From the NCBI RefSeq assembly GCF_028641065.1, contig NC_073387.1, forward strand, positions 15,748,001 through 15,812,000: a stretch of 64,000 nucleotides of DNA, read 5' to 3'. Position numbers and translations under genes: made by a program. Positions 49,741 to 62,500 of the stretch are shown in pieces; the first letter of the stretch is position 1; every line of letters begins with the position of its first letter. The notes below the pieces were generated by a model. The model was not told the origin of the DNA. It saw only the letters and a list, made by a program, of their open reading frames with translations, and did not search any database. This DNA comes from Leucoraja erinacea. Lineage: Eukaryota.

Positions 49741-51723
49741 AACAGCATCTGCAGTTCCATATTTCTATACAAAATTAACACAAACACTCTTTGTGTCCAT
49801 ACATTCAATAGTGTCACACTCAGTTGTGTTTCCACCTATCTTTACACAATACACCCTTGGCTGTAATTTGCCCCCCTCCCCCCTGGGGTGATATTCCTTC
49901 CATTGTATGAGGGGTAACCCACTAGACTCAGTCTCAATGTCTGGAGGGGGTCAGGCAGCTCCTTTCCTAGATGGACCTCTCTTTGTCATATTGTTGTTTT
50001 ATTTCTCAGCACAGTAACAGTGTGTGGGACATGCGGCAATGTTCCTGTCCTCATAATCCAGCCTTTGACACACAATGGACTGCACCAGAACAAAAATAAT
50101 GCTTTTGAAGATTTGTCTTCAGAAAAAAGTAAATAGAATGATGTCTCTGTATCACCAGTGTCCTCGAGGAGAGACAACCTGCCATCCTTATACAGTCTCT
50201 GCTGTACATGACCACGGGGCACAGTTTTTCAACATGTTGAAAGATCTTCACGAGTTACCGCGTTTCCCAAGTACTTGCCGTTAGCGCTAAAAATGGCATG
50301 TTGGCCTTTATAACAAGAGGAATGAAATATAGGAGCAAAGAGGTCCTTCTGCAGTTGTACAGAGTTCTAGTGAGACTGCACATGAAGTTTTGTGTGCAGA
50401 TTTGGTCCCCTAATTTGAGGAAGGACATTCTTGCTATTGAGGGAGTGCAGCGTAGGTATACAAGGTTAATTCCTGGGATGGCGAGACTGTCGTATGCTGA
50501 GAGAATGGAGCAGCTGGGCTTGTACACTGGAGTTTAGAAGGATGAGAGGGCATCTTATTGAAACATATAAGATTGTTAAGGGCTTGGACACGCTAGAGGC
50601 AGCAAACATGTTCCCGATGTTGGGGGAGTCCAGAACCAGGGGCCACAGTTTAAGAATAAGGAGTAAGCCATTTAGAACGGAGATGAGGAAACACTTTTTC
50701 TCAAAGAGTGATGAGTCTGTGGAATGCTCTGCCTCAGAAGGCGGTGGAGGCAGGTTCTCTGGAATAGCGGAGTCAGGGGATATGGGGAGAAGGCAGGATC
50801 GGGATACTGATTGTGGATGATCAGCCACGATCACATTGAATGAATGTGATATAAAGTGAAATGGGTGTCAAATTAAACTTATTTTTATGCTTTATCTGAT
50901 GGGATAAATTGCAGACTTCATTTTTTTAATCTCAAAATTTTGTAACATTGTTAGAAAATGTACCTGCATCTTGGAGGCCTAAGGATAGGTTGGAAGCCAA
51001 GAAATATAGACCGTTATCCCTCAATACAGCAACATCAAGAACGAGATTGCTGTACTGAGGTATAGCCAAGTCTATCCCTCATTGCTAGCAGCTGATGGGA
51101 AGCAGCTGTAAAGTGGGCAGAAGGGTTGAGAAGGAGGGGGTCGGCCGGGGATCATCCAGCTCAAGAGCAGGTCAGCGTGCGATGGATAATAGGACAGCGG
51201 GCACTGGAGCTTACTTCATATGTCAGTGCCTCAATTGATCCCTTGTTCCCACTGACACAGGAGTAAGCTTCACCGCCCACTGTGATGTTATCCATCACCC
51301 GCTGACCCGCTCGGCTCTATGATCTTTGCTCTTCAGCTGGTCCCCTCACTGTTCAGACGGAGAGTACTGCCAGAGGTGAGCTGGCCGGCAGAAGGCACTG
51401 AGATGGCAGTCGGTTCCGCTGTCCGGAGATGGAGGCCGCTCGTAGCCACACAAGCTGCTTCCCTCCCTGGCCACAATGCGGTGGCGCCCGCAGCACCGCG
51501 GCAGCGGTGAGTGAGTATTACTGGCACCAACCCGACCCTCTCCATCTCAACGCTCCTTCCCTTCTTGCAACTTTACCCCTGGCTAGACTCCCCACACGCT
51601 GTGAAAGGAACTCTCGCCCGAATTGTCATGTTACTCACGCCACATGGCTCATTTATATTTATTTATTTATATATCTTCTGAAACAATTTCCCAATTGGGC
51701 CCCACACCTCTGAAGGCCGGCCC

Positions 51724-52680
51724 CGGGTAGAGTGGTTTTAACTCGTTTGTACCTCCCTAGTCAGTCAATTAATTGAACGGGCAACAGAACAACGAGGACG
51801 TTGAACATCCTCAAACAGTCCCAGAGCCCGAGGATTGCCGGATAAATGGGAAAAATAAAATCCACATTGGCATGGATACATTATATTGACCCGGTAACAA
51901 ATAACAAGCCCAACTGTGTAAATAGGCAGGTGCTGGTAATTTTGCTTCATTAAGTTTCTATGGGGAAACAATGGAGACAAAAATACATTGATAAAGTTAT
52001 GTGTTGGAAGGAACTGCAGACGCTGCTTTATACCAATTATAAACACAAAAGTAACTCGGCAGGAGTAACTCGGCGGGACAGGCACCATCTCTGGAAAGAA
52101 GGATTGGGTGATGTTTCGTGTCGAAGAGGTCTGGGTCCGAAACGTCACTCATTCTTTCTCTCCAGAGATGCTGCCTGTACTGCTGAGTTTCTCCAGCATT
52201 TTGTGTCTTTCCTCATTGTTAATTAAGTTTCTATGTAAAATCTAAAGCAGAACAGACTGCAACAGTCTAATAAATGGTTGTAGCAGTGGAATATCACACG
52301 TTAGAAATTATTTAACACGGAGTTCCGTTTCTAGATCCCATTTAAACCATTCCTTTGTAGTGAACCTGTAGTAAGGTCGCCTACCTTGTGGGAAGAGACT
52401 GATGAACGAGTCCAGAGACTGGGCAGCAAAGCTCCAAGCACGGCGACACACTGAGTTCCCCAGTTTCACTTTGCACAATAACTAACGCTGTGTCTTATGA
52501 AAGTACAGGACCTTCCTCTTCCTCTCCTGTTCATTATTCAGATGTCACTTCTGTAGAAAGCGTTTGCATCAGTGTAAAAACCATCTTGTATAACCTAATT
52601 TCGGCAAAGAAAAATGGGAATTTACTGAGCTGAAAATTGTGAGATGGAACCTCATTGAGACATGGAACCTCATTTAAAAA
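51724..52680. repeat. Copy E of the gene 5'-flank unit
   Basis: Collinear with 45380-46120 plus 46795-46960. Confidence 0.82.
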
Positions 52681-55600
52681 AAAAAAAAAAATAGGTGGAT
52701 CTGTTGGGGGCGACATGTTGAAGTAGTCGAACTTTTCCACGCTCCTGACCTGTTCACCTCCGACTTTTATTATAGCTCAGCCTACGTTTTATAACTACCC
52801 ATAAATATTTAAACACCATTGACTGCACCTCTCCACGCCGTAAAGATGCCAGGCAGAGGAAAGAAAGAGGAGCAAAAGACGGAAGACCCGACGACCAGCC
52901 TCGGCATGGCCACGCTAGCAGCCATGTTAACAGAGCACAAGGTATCGCTACTGGCAGAATTCAACGCAGCGTTCACCAAACGGGAAACGAAACTGGACAA
53001 TATCCAGACCACTATTTTAGATCACCAACACCGTCTTTCGTCATTAGAGTCTTTTGCCGATACCACCAGCCAAGACATACAAGCTATAGCGACAATGCTA
53101 ACTACGGTGACCGAAGAGAACGCCAAGCTAAAGTCTAAGCTTATCGGCCTGGACGGCAGGAGTCGCCGAAATAACAGAAGGATAGTCGGTCTCCCCGATA
53201 ACATCGAAGGCCCCCAAACAACAGCTTTTTTCTCTCAACTCCTGCTCGAGACTCTTGGCGAACACACACTGGAATCAGCCCCGGAGCTAGACCGAGCCCA
53301 CCGTACCCTAACAGCCAAGCCAAGCCCTGGTGAGAAACCCAGAGCAGTTGTGATTTGCTTCCATAGATACCAGATCTGCGAGTTGGTGGTGCGTGAGGCT
53401 CGGAGGCAGAGGGGTAAGCTGAAGTACGAGGATATCCCGATCCACATTTTCAAAGACCACTGTCCCGAGATAGTTGAACAATGCTCTGCGTACTGAGACG
53501 TTATGAAGGAGCTGTACAACCTGGGTCTCAAACCCTCTCTTCATTATCCAGCCAAACTGTTCATCATGGCCGGGGAAGGAAAGAGGCGACGACTAACATC
53601 TCCCGAGGACGCTCAGGATTTCATCTCATCTTATCGTCAACGCAGTCCGCGACCCACAGACGACTGACTTCGCTCGGTACATCTATACCCGAGTGGCAAA
53701 GGGGTCCGGTTAATCTACGGTTACACTATGGACTAACTTTAGCTTGACTGCTCTTAGCAACTAGCCACTACTAGCACTCGGCCTTGCTGATTATACTAGA
53801 CTATCTTATACCAACTTTTCCTTATAATGTTTATGTGTAATCATACTTGAAAGATTCTTCACCAGCACATGCTATAAAATTGGGCTTAAGGGATCCACTT
53901 TGTGGTTCGTGATCTGGTCTCTGCCTTCTTGTTTTTAGCAGCTGGCTGCTAATGCTGCCAGCATTCGGCTAGTTTGTTTACACTAGTCTTCCTAGCGGAC
54001 TGTCTGGGACTGATAAGAGCTCATTACAGCCATGGCTGTGTTATACCAATCTGCTCCTACAGCAGTTTTGTTTAACAATACTCAATTGATGTTCTTTTGC
54101 CCTGCGCTTTAATCCAAGAGCCCAGTTTGCAACTTGCTAACTTCTCTAACGCTAACTCTTTCTTTATACCTTGTCGATTTTAAGATATACTATGTAATAC
54201 CAAAGGAAGCTATTCTTGCTCCACTTATACGTTGGCTTGCTTATTTAGTATCACCATTTTGTTAATTTGCTTTGTCTTATTATTACTATCATCATTACTA
54301 TCATTACCATTAGTGTTAGCAATGACATTGGCAGTGCAACTGCTATGACTATTATTTCAATTTTGTATTTATTTATTTATGTTTACTTTACTTTATTTCT
54401 ACTTTCTATTTTTCAAATTATTATTATCATTGTTATTATTATTATTATTATTATACATTTCATTTTATGTTACTTTACTGACATTGAGCGATTTTGTTGC
54501 TTTGGGAGGTGGAAATATTGGGAGTTAATATCGGATATCTCCATGCGGATGCAAGGACAACGCACCTTGGTGCAATGGGCACTCAAGGTTCAGTTGGGAC
54601 ATGGGGGATCTCAGGTCCGGGGACTCAGGTTTGAAAGATGGCTAAGTGATATGTGTCCCATTTGTTTGTTGTGTGTATACGTGCGTATGTATCTTTTTTT
54701 TTTCTTCCTTTTTTTTTTTTTTCTATTTTTTTTATTACTCCCACCCCCCCCCCCCCCACATCCCCACTTTCTGCAGCTGGCTTCGATGTGCTCTTCCGTC
54801 TCGACTTGCAGTACTACAGCGCTCTGCCCACTTGCTTGGATATAGCTAAGTATGGCCAACGCAAACGACACTCTTAGATTTGTCTCGTGGAACGTGAGGG
54901 GGGTGGGAAGTCCTACCAAGACTGACTGGATCTTGGCCCACTTGCAACAGCTCAAAAGCGATATATTTTTTATTCAAGAGACCCATCTTCGCAACAGATA
55001 GGTAACACGGCTTAAGAGAGGTTGGATTAGCCACTTATTTCACTCGAAATTTAATGATAGGGCTAGGGGTACTGCTATCCTGATTTGTAAGAACGTTATG
55101 TTCGAACTACAGAAAACTGTGGAGGATCCTGCTGGCCGCTTTGTCATGGTGTCTGGCAAACTGCAAGACACACCTGTCATATTGACCAGCATTTACGGTC
55201 TCAACTGGGATGACAGCTCATTTGTAACCAAATGTTTTACATCTCTGCCAAATATTGAAAATCACCACGTCATTGTGAGTGGAGATTTTAATCTGGTCCA
55301 AGACCCTATACTGGACAGATCTTCGAACAAAGCCTCTACTTTAACTAAATCAGATAAGACTCTGCATGCTTTTTCCAAACAACTTGGCTCACAGACCCAT
55401 GGAGATATACATTCCCCACGACTAAATTATTTTCATTTTTTTTCCACATGCACCGTACCTATACCCTTATAGACTTCTTTCTCTTAGATAACAGACTGCT
55501 CTCCAAAATCAAATCCAGCGAGTATCAAAGCATTGTCATATTAGATCAGGCTGCAACCTCCCTCGATCTCCACTTTCGTAAACAAACTAACCCCTTTAAA

Positions 55601-56086
55601 CAGTGGAGGTTCAACTCCTCATTTCTAGCAGAGGCTCACTACATGCAATTCTTGCACTCCCAAATCACCTTATATTTTGAGCTGAATGACTCGCCGGACA
55701 TAGAAAGAGGTGTACTCTGGGAAGCTTCAAAAGCCTATATTAGGGGCCAACTTAACTCTTTTGTCTCCAACCTGAAAAGAACCGAGATGTCCCAAACGGC
55801 AGACCTGTTACAAAAAATAAAGGACATTGATGATAAATATGCATCTGACCCAGACCCTACTCTTTATAGAGAACGCCTTAGGTTACAAACAGACTTTGAC
55901 CTCACATCTACTAATAAAGCCAAGCTACGATTGCTTAAATCTAGGCAACACTTTTTGAATCTTGGGATAAAGCTGGAAAGCTTTTGGCCCATCAGGCCAG
56001 AACAGAGATGACTTCACGGCTAATTCCAGCCATTAGATCCAGCTTAGGGGAGATTCATACTGATCCTCTTAGAATTAATGAAGCAT

Positions 56087-59000
56087 GTCCAGAAATTCTG
56101 AAACTTTATTATTGTATATTAGCGTTTTCGATGTGTATAAATTCTTGTAAAATTGTGCAAATCTTTTATTGATATCATTAGGTAGTGTTAATAATCCCCT
56201 CTATCTGATTTAATCTTTAAAATTGCATGATCCTTTTCCCGTTTTTTCAGTGGGCGTGCCAAAGGTTTATGTGGTTTATCCTCAAATTCGAAATGTTCTT
56301 GTTTTGTAACTTGGAATAGTCTTATAACTCTCGCTAACAATAATTTATTTAGCTTAAATTTCAATATTTAAATTTTATTATGTTTATCCATAGTTGGATC
56401 TTTAGCATTATCTATATCTAGTTGTCTGATTTGTTCTTCTAATTGTTTTTGTTCATTCTTATTCTTTTTGCTTTGAAAAGCTTGATACAAGATAATGACT
56501 CCTCTAATAAATGCTTTGAAGGATTCCCATAATAAAGTGGGTGATATATCTGGTGTATCGTTTGTCTCAAAAAATAGGTCCATCTGTTTTTTAGATATAT
56601 ACTCCCTTGTGGATCTTTCAGAATTTGCGAGTTAAACCTCCAGAACGATTTTTTCGTAGACATTCCTTCTAATTTTAAAAAGAAAGTTAGCGGGGAGTGA
56701 TCTGAAATCATATTGGTGTGATATTTAGGGTTCATAGTAAACATAGAAACATAGAAATTAGGTGCAGGAGTAGGCCATTCGGCCCTTCGAGCCTGCACCG
56801 CCATTCAATATGATCATGGCTGATCATTCAACTCAGTATCCCGTACCTGCCTTCTCTCCATACCCTCTGATCCCCTTGGCCACAAGGGCCACATCTAACT
56901 CCCTCTTAAATATAGCAAATATAGTATAAGGGATTAGTTTTGTATCCACTAGGAAATAGTCTATACGTGAGTATGTTTTGTGTACCATTGAATAAAACGA
57001 GTATTCCCTTCCAGTCAGATTCGCGATCCTCCAAACGTCTGCTATATTTGTATTTTTTTATATATGTATTTAAGAGTTCACTAGTTTTAGATTTCATATT
57101 ACCTCTTTGTTTTTGCATCGATTTATCTAAGTACGGATCTAAAACACAGTTGAAGTCTCCCCCAATTATAACATTCTGGTAGTTAAATTGTGCGATTGTA
57201 TTCAAAATTTTATTGAAAAATTGAGGATTATCAAAATTGGGCGCATATATATATTTACCAAGGTGATTGGCGTAGCATGGATCTCTCCTGTAACTATAAG
57301 GTATCTCCCTTCCTTATCTGATATAATGTTCTTTGATTTGAATGGTATTCCTTTGCGAATAATAATTGCGGTGCCTCTGGATTTCGAAGTATGTGAGGAG
57401 TGAAATGTTTGGCCTATCCAATTCGCCCTCAATCTCATCTGATCTTGATGTTTAAGATGCATTTCTTGTAGAAAAGTAACGTCCATGTTATATGATTTCA
57501 ACTGAGCTAGTATTTTGCCCCTTTTAATTGGTTCATTAATACCCCTTATATTCCAGCTACAAAGTGTGATTCCTCCCATTTTCTTTTGTTTATCATCTTG
57601 CATTTTCTCTGATTTTAATACCCTTATTTATTACGGTACATCCATACCTCAGGACTGGATATTTGGGGGGCGCTTATATTACTAACTTCCTTGGTAGATC
57701 CTTTTGCGATTTTCCTTGAAACAAAAACACATAGTTGTGACGTGTGTATATGTATATGTATATATATATATCTATATCTATATCTATATATATTTCATTC
57801 AGACTTATCAGATCTTGTGTTCAGCTACTGTGAAATTTATATATCTAACACTTTCATCTACCGTTATACCTTTGATAATAGTAAGCTGTTAGCTGAAAGG
57901 GTTAACCAGAATCAGGCTCCTGGAATTATGCCAGGTGCCTGAGTCTCCTCCCTTCCCCACACAAACTACATAGCACTTAAACTGTCAGTATTATCTACGT
58001 TAATTCTAAAATTTGTTATTTATTATTTCTTTATCCCTGCTTAATTGTCTCGCTCTATATACGAGCTAGTCTGTCTTTTTAACACATTATTACATTTTGC
58101 CCATTATATAGTTCAGGTTAGTTTCCACTTATATTTCTATATTAGTATTGTTAATTCTCTATATTTTGTAAAGCTATTTTAAGATAGCCATTTTAACCGC
58201 CATTTGTCCTTGTGATATTTTTCACATTCGGCTCTGCTGTTCGTCTCTGTGTTGCTTATCAGTCTTTCTTTCATTTTGAACAAAGAATGTCCTTGAGTTG
58301 AAATCCAAAGCATCCAAAGGAGATCTTCTTCTTCTTTCCGTGTCTTTGAAGCTGGTTGGTTATATGACAGTTTCCCATTCCTTTAGACAGTCCTTTGCGT
58401 TTTTATTGAACACTGCAAGATCCTTTGGGCTGCACTGGTTGGGTAGTAGGGGGCAGACAAGGCAGTGCTGCATTGTATGGTCCTCTTCTCCACATTCACA
58501 GGTGATTTGGCCAGTTTCATAGCCCCATCTGGCCATGGCAGCTTTTGATCGCCCTGTTCCTGTTCTCAGGTGGTTGAGCATCTTCCACTGGACCCATGGT
58601 GCTTCTGAACCCGGAGGGAGGGCTTCAGAAGGAGGGATACTCATGTCAGTAGGAGGGGGGTCGTCCTCAAGCCTTTTTGTCCATAGTTGGAGTCTGGTTT
58701 CTTCCCATGATGCTATTAGAGGCTGGACATGGCTGAGAAAGCTTCTCCTGGACTTCAGCCGTTGGGCTGGGGGTACACGTCCGTAGAGGAGGTGGCGTTC
58801 ATCGTGGCCTTGGTCATCTCTACTCGGCTGGCGACTTCCCGTCTCATATCGGCTGGGGCAACGCCAGCGAGGAGGTGCAGGTTGTTTATGTTGGTGGGCT
58901 TCAAGCAGCCAGTGATTGAGTGGCAGGTGTTATTCAATGCTGGGTCTAGTTTCTTGGCATGGGATGATCTCTCCCAAACAGGATACGCATACTCCGCAGA

Positions 59001-59596
59001 GGAGTAGCACAGGGCCAGAGCAGTAGATCTTAATGTGTGTGCTGTGGCTCCCCATTTGGAGTTGGTCAGCTTCCGGAGGATGTTATTTCGGGAGTTAACT
59101 TTCAGTTTGGTGTTTTGTCCTCCAAAGGAGATAAGGTGTCTAGACCAGCGCATGTGAAAATGCTCTGCCATTTTAAACTTTTAGAGAATGGTGTTTCTTC
59201 CCTTATCTTCAGGTGTTCTCTGTGAAATAATAAAAGGAAATAATTTGTCCATGTCGTCCTGCTGCCTTGATTAATCTTCTGTTTCTGCCACAATCTCTTG
59301 GGCATATTTATAAGATGCGTCCGAATTAGTGAAAGTTTTCTCTTTTCCCTTGAAAGTAATGCGCATCCTGGCTGGATAAAAAACGTCACATCTGACAACT
59401 TTAACTCCATGGAGAATCTGTCTTGTCTGTGAGAGCTTTCTTCTCTTTTCCACGATCTCATAGGGATAACCCTGGAGGAGTTTGATAAAGTCGTTTCCAA
59501 ATGTCATCTTCACTCCGTATTTGATTTTTTTCATCAGCTCTTCAAGTGCTGAAATGTCCCGAAGTTTGACTATGATCTGTCGTGGGTGGGCTAAAT
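56087..59596 (-). mobile_element. Second, AT-rich L1-like internal fragment (element B): ORF1 C-terminal half to ORF2 endonuclease/linker
   Basis: ORF1 remnant near 59271-59590 (PRQIIVKL...YPARMRITFKG); APE domain 57603-56370 (CSWNIRGIN, LQEMH, GGDFN, ISDHSP); ends at INKRFAQFYKNLYTS...SEFLD. Confidence 0.82.
58325..59150 (-). mobile_element. I-group (Ingi/Vingi-like) LINE 3' fragment
   Basis: WGATAHTLRSTALALCYSSAEYAYPVW...TGCLKPT, LNHLRTGTGR, CECGEEDHTMQHCLVC, and an (AAG)n tail. The clade assignment is from memory of motifs. Confidence 0.6.
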
Positions 59597-62500
59597 TTGC
59601 TAAATTCTACGCTGAACTATACGCTTCCGATTGTCCTCCCACTGCAGGTGACATGCTCAGTAGTATGACATTTCCACGAATTGACGATGAAGCCACGAGA
59701 GACTTGGGTGGTCCCATAACTCTTGCTGAGATCCAAGCAGCCATCACATCGCTGAAAAGCGGAAAGTCACCCGGCCCTGACGGCTTCACTGCAGAATATT
59801 ACAAAGCTTTCTCTGCTCTCCTCGCACCAGTCCTGAGAGATATGTACAATGAGGCGTTTTTGCATCGTCGCTTACCGCCCACCTTGTCGTGGGCTACTAT
59901 CTCCCTAATTCTTAAAAAGGAGAAAGATTCCCTGCTTTGTAGTAGCTATAGACCAATTTCACTCCTGAATGTGGACCTCAAAATCCTCTCTAAAGCCCTT
60001 GCGCTCTGTCTTCAACAAGTGATGCCCTCTATTATCTCGTTAGAGCAAACAGGGTTCATACCAGGCCGATAGTCTTCCCACAATACTAGGCGTCTCCTTA
60101 ACATCATCCATTCACCGAGTAGTGAGACCCCGGAGATAGTGGTCTCCCTCGACATCGAAGGACAGGTTTGGCCTCGGTAACAGTTTTATTCTTTGGGTCA
60201 GTCTATTATACTCGTCCCCAGTTGCCTCAGTACAAACAAACGACACACTGTCGCCCCACTTCCCCCTTCAAAGAGGTACCAGACAGGGTTGCCCGTTATC
60301 ACCACTCCTGTTTGCTGTCACGATAGAACCCTTGGCGGTCTGGTTACGCTCAGAGAAGGGCTTTAAAGGTATTACATGGTTCGACACAACTCATAAAGTC
60401 TCATTGTATGCGGATGACCTGCTCCTGTACATCTCAAACCCAGTCAGCTCTCTCCCTGTGATTACGAATATTTTAGAATGGTTTGGTGCGTATTCTGGTA
60501 ATAAACTTAACTACCAAAAGAGTGAGCTATTACTGATTAACTCATTGGCTAAGCAGCTCCATCGCTCTTTAACCTCATTCAAATGGGCAGAGGACGGGTT
60601 TCGCAACCTTTGCGTCTTTATCACAACACCCTTATCTGATATGTTCCGCACAATCTTTCTGCCTCTGGTTGAGAAAGCTGAAAGAGGTTTTGACCGCTGG
60701 TCAGTTTTACCGCTATCCCTCATGGGCCGGATAAATCTGGTCAAGATGGTCGTCTTACCCAAATTCCTGTATCTTTTCCAGCACGTCCATATACTTATCA
60801 CTAAATCTTTTTTTGATAAATTAGAAAGGACAATATCTAAATTTTTATGGGGTAGCAAACCAGCTAAAATTCGAAAGGCGATACTGCAGCCTCCTAAGAG
60901 TGACGGTGGATTGGCACTTCCTGACTTTAGGCGATACTACTGGGCAGCTAACTTGCAAAAACTCCTGTATTGGATGAATGATGATTGCGACCACCTACCG
61001 ACCTGGGTACACATGGGAAAGGCGAGTTCACATCTCCCGTTGCAGTCTGTCCTATGCTCCCAACTCCCCCTTCCTATAACATCTGTGGGTGCAGGCCCAA
61101 TTGCGTCCCTCTCGCTCAAGATATGGAGTCAACTCAGGAAAAACTTTGGTTTACAAGGCCCTTCCATCTTGACCACAGTGCTTAAAAACCACATCTTTAA
61201 ATCTTCAAGTACATACCCCGCATTCAAAACCTGGCATAGCAACGGTATCAGTAGTATCAAAAACCTATACAAGGATGGCATCTTTTCGTCCTTTGCGGAG
61301 CTCTCGTCCAACTACAGCCTCCCAAACTCCCACCTTTTTCGTTTTTTCCAGATTAGGGATTTTGTGAAGAAGACATTCCCCCATTTCCCAAATCGCCCCC
61401 CTGAAACCCTGACCGATACCATCTTAGCTCTAGATCCCAACCGGAAGAAATGCATCTCTGTTTTGTATAGCTCGTTAGGGTCGGTTATATTGAAGCCTCA
61501 TACCTCATTAAAAGCTGCGTGGGAGGGTGAGCTGAATACGAAACTAACAGACCAGCAATGGGACTCTGCCTTGGATTTGATCCATTCTTCATCCATATGT
61601 GCCCATCATGACCTAATCCAATGCAAAGTCCTTCACAAAGTCCACTACACAAATGCAAGATTATCTAGAATTTACCCCGCTGTTAGGGACACCTACAACA
61701 GATGTAATCAATCCCCTGCCAACCATAGCCATATGTTTTGGTCTTGCCCTAAGCTAGCAGCCTTTTGGAGGAGTGCTTTCGACTTGATAAGCAGAGCCTA
61801 CGGCCAGACTATTCCTCCAAACCCACTGTCAGCCATTTTTGGTACCCCTCCCAACACCAACCTCTCTGTTGCGGTGAAACGGGTCCTAGCTTTTACAACC
61901 TTGTTTGCCCGGAGACTGATTTTGCTTAACTGGAGGCTCCCCTGTCCCCTGACACACGCCCGCTGGATTAAGGAGGTGCTTTACAATTTAAAGCTTGAAA
62001 AACTTAAGTTCTCTCACAAAGGCTCTACCAAGACATTCCTAGATACATGGAACCCTTTCTTTGAACTTGTTAACTCTCTCAACTTGTCCCCGGACTCGGA
62101 AGAGGACTGAACGCTTTCCACCATTGTCCTGCTCTACTGCAGCTGCTCTCCCCTTAACACCCCCCCCCCCCCCCACACTGATTTATTTAATTGCCTACTT
62201 ATTTACTTATTAGTGCCCTTTTTTTTTTTTTTTTTAGTACTTTTTGTTTCGTTTATCTTACCATATTTGTGTGGTTGTGTATGTATGTGAGTGTTGTTTG
62301 TCCCCGTTTGGTTCCGACCTGATTCGGGTGGGTTGAAGGTGGGTAAGGGTAAGGGCGTTGAGAGTCGCTTACATACTGTTGCACGATTATGCCGACTGTC
62401 ACTGTCTGTTATCATTGTATGTATGCAAATTGCTGTGAAATTCAAATAAAAAGATTTAAATGTGAAATGAGGAAAAAAAAGTTTTTTGGAGGATAAAAAA

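Larger units (their letters stand above)
52690..62460 (+). mobile_element. Near full-length L1/Tx1-like LINE (element A), degenerate, split by an inverted insertion at 56087-59596
   Basis: ORF1 52819-53667 (LDRAHR, AVVICF; one internal stop), ORF2 from 54852 (SWNVRG, QETH, GDFN), RT (SPGPDGF, YRPISLLNVD, QTGFIPGR, GTRQGCPLSPLLF, LYADD), C-terminal HMFWSC, 3' UTR with AATAAA and an A-rich end. Confidence 0.9.

Noticed and set aside
52380-52500. Possible signal-peptide exon in the repeated 5'-flank unit (VAVLGALLPSLWT)
   Set aside because: No in-frame ATG in the copies examined; kept only as a possible non-coding exon.
54267-54955. Hydrophobic 192-aa ORF and basic antisense ORF
   Set aside because: Low-complexity (ATT)n, poly-T and poly-C sequence in the L1 inter-ORF spacer.
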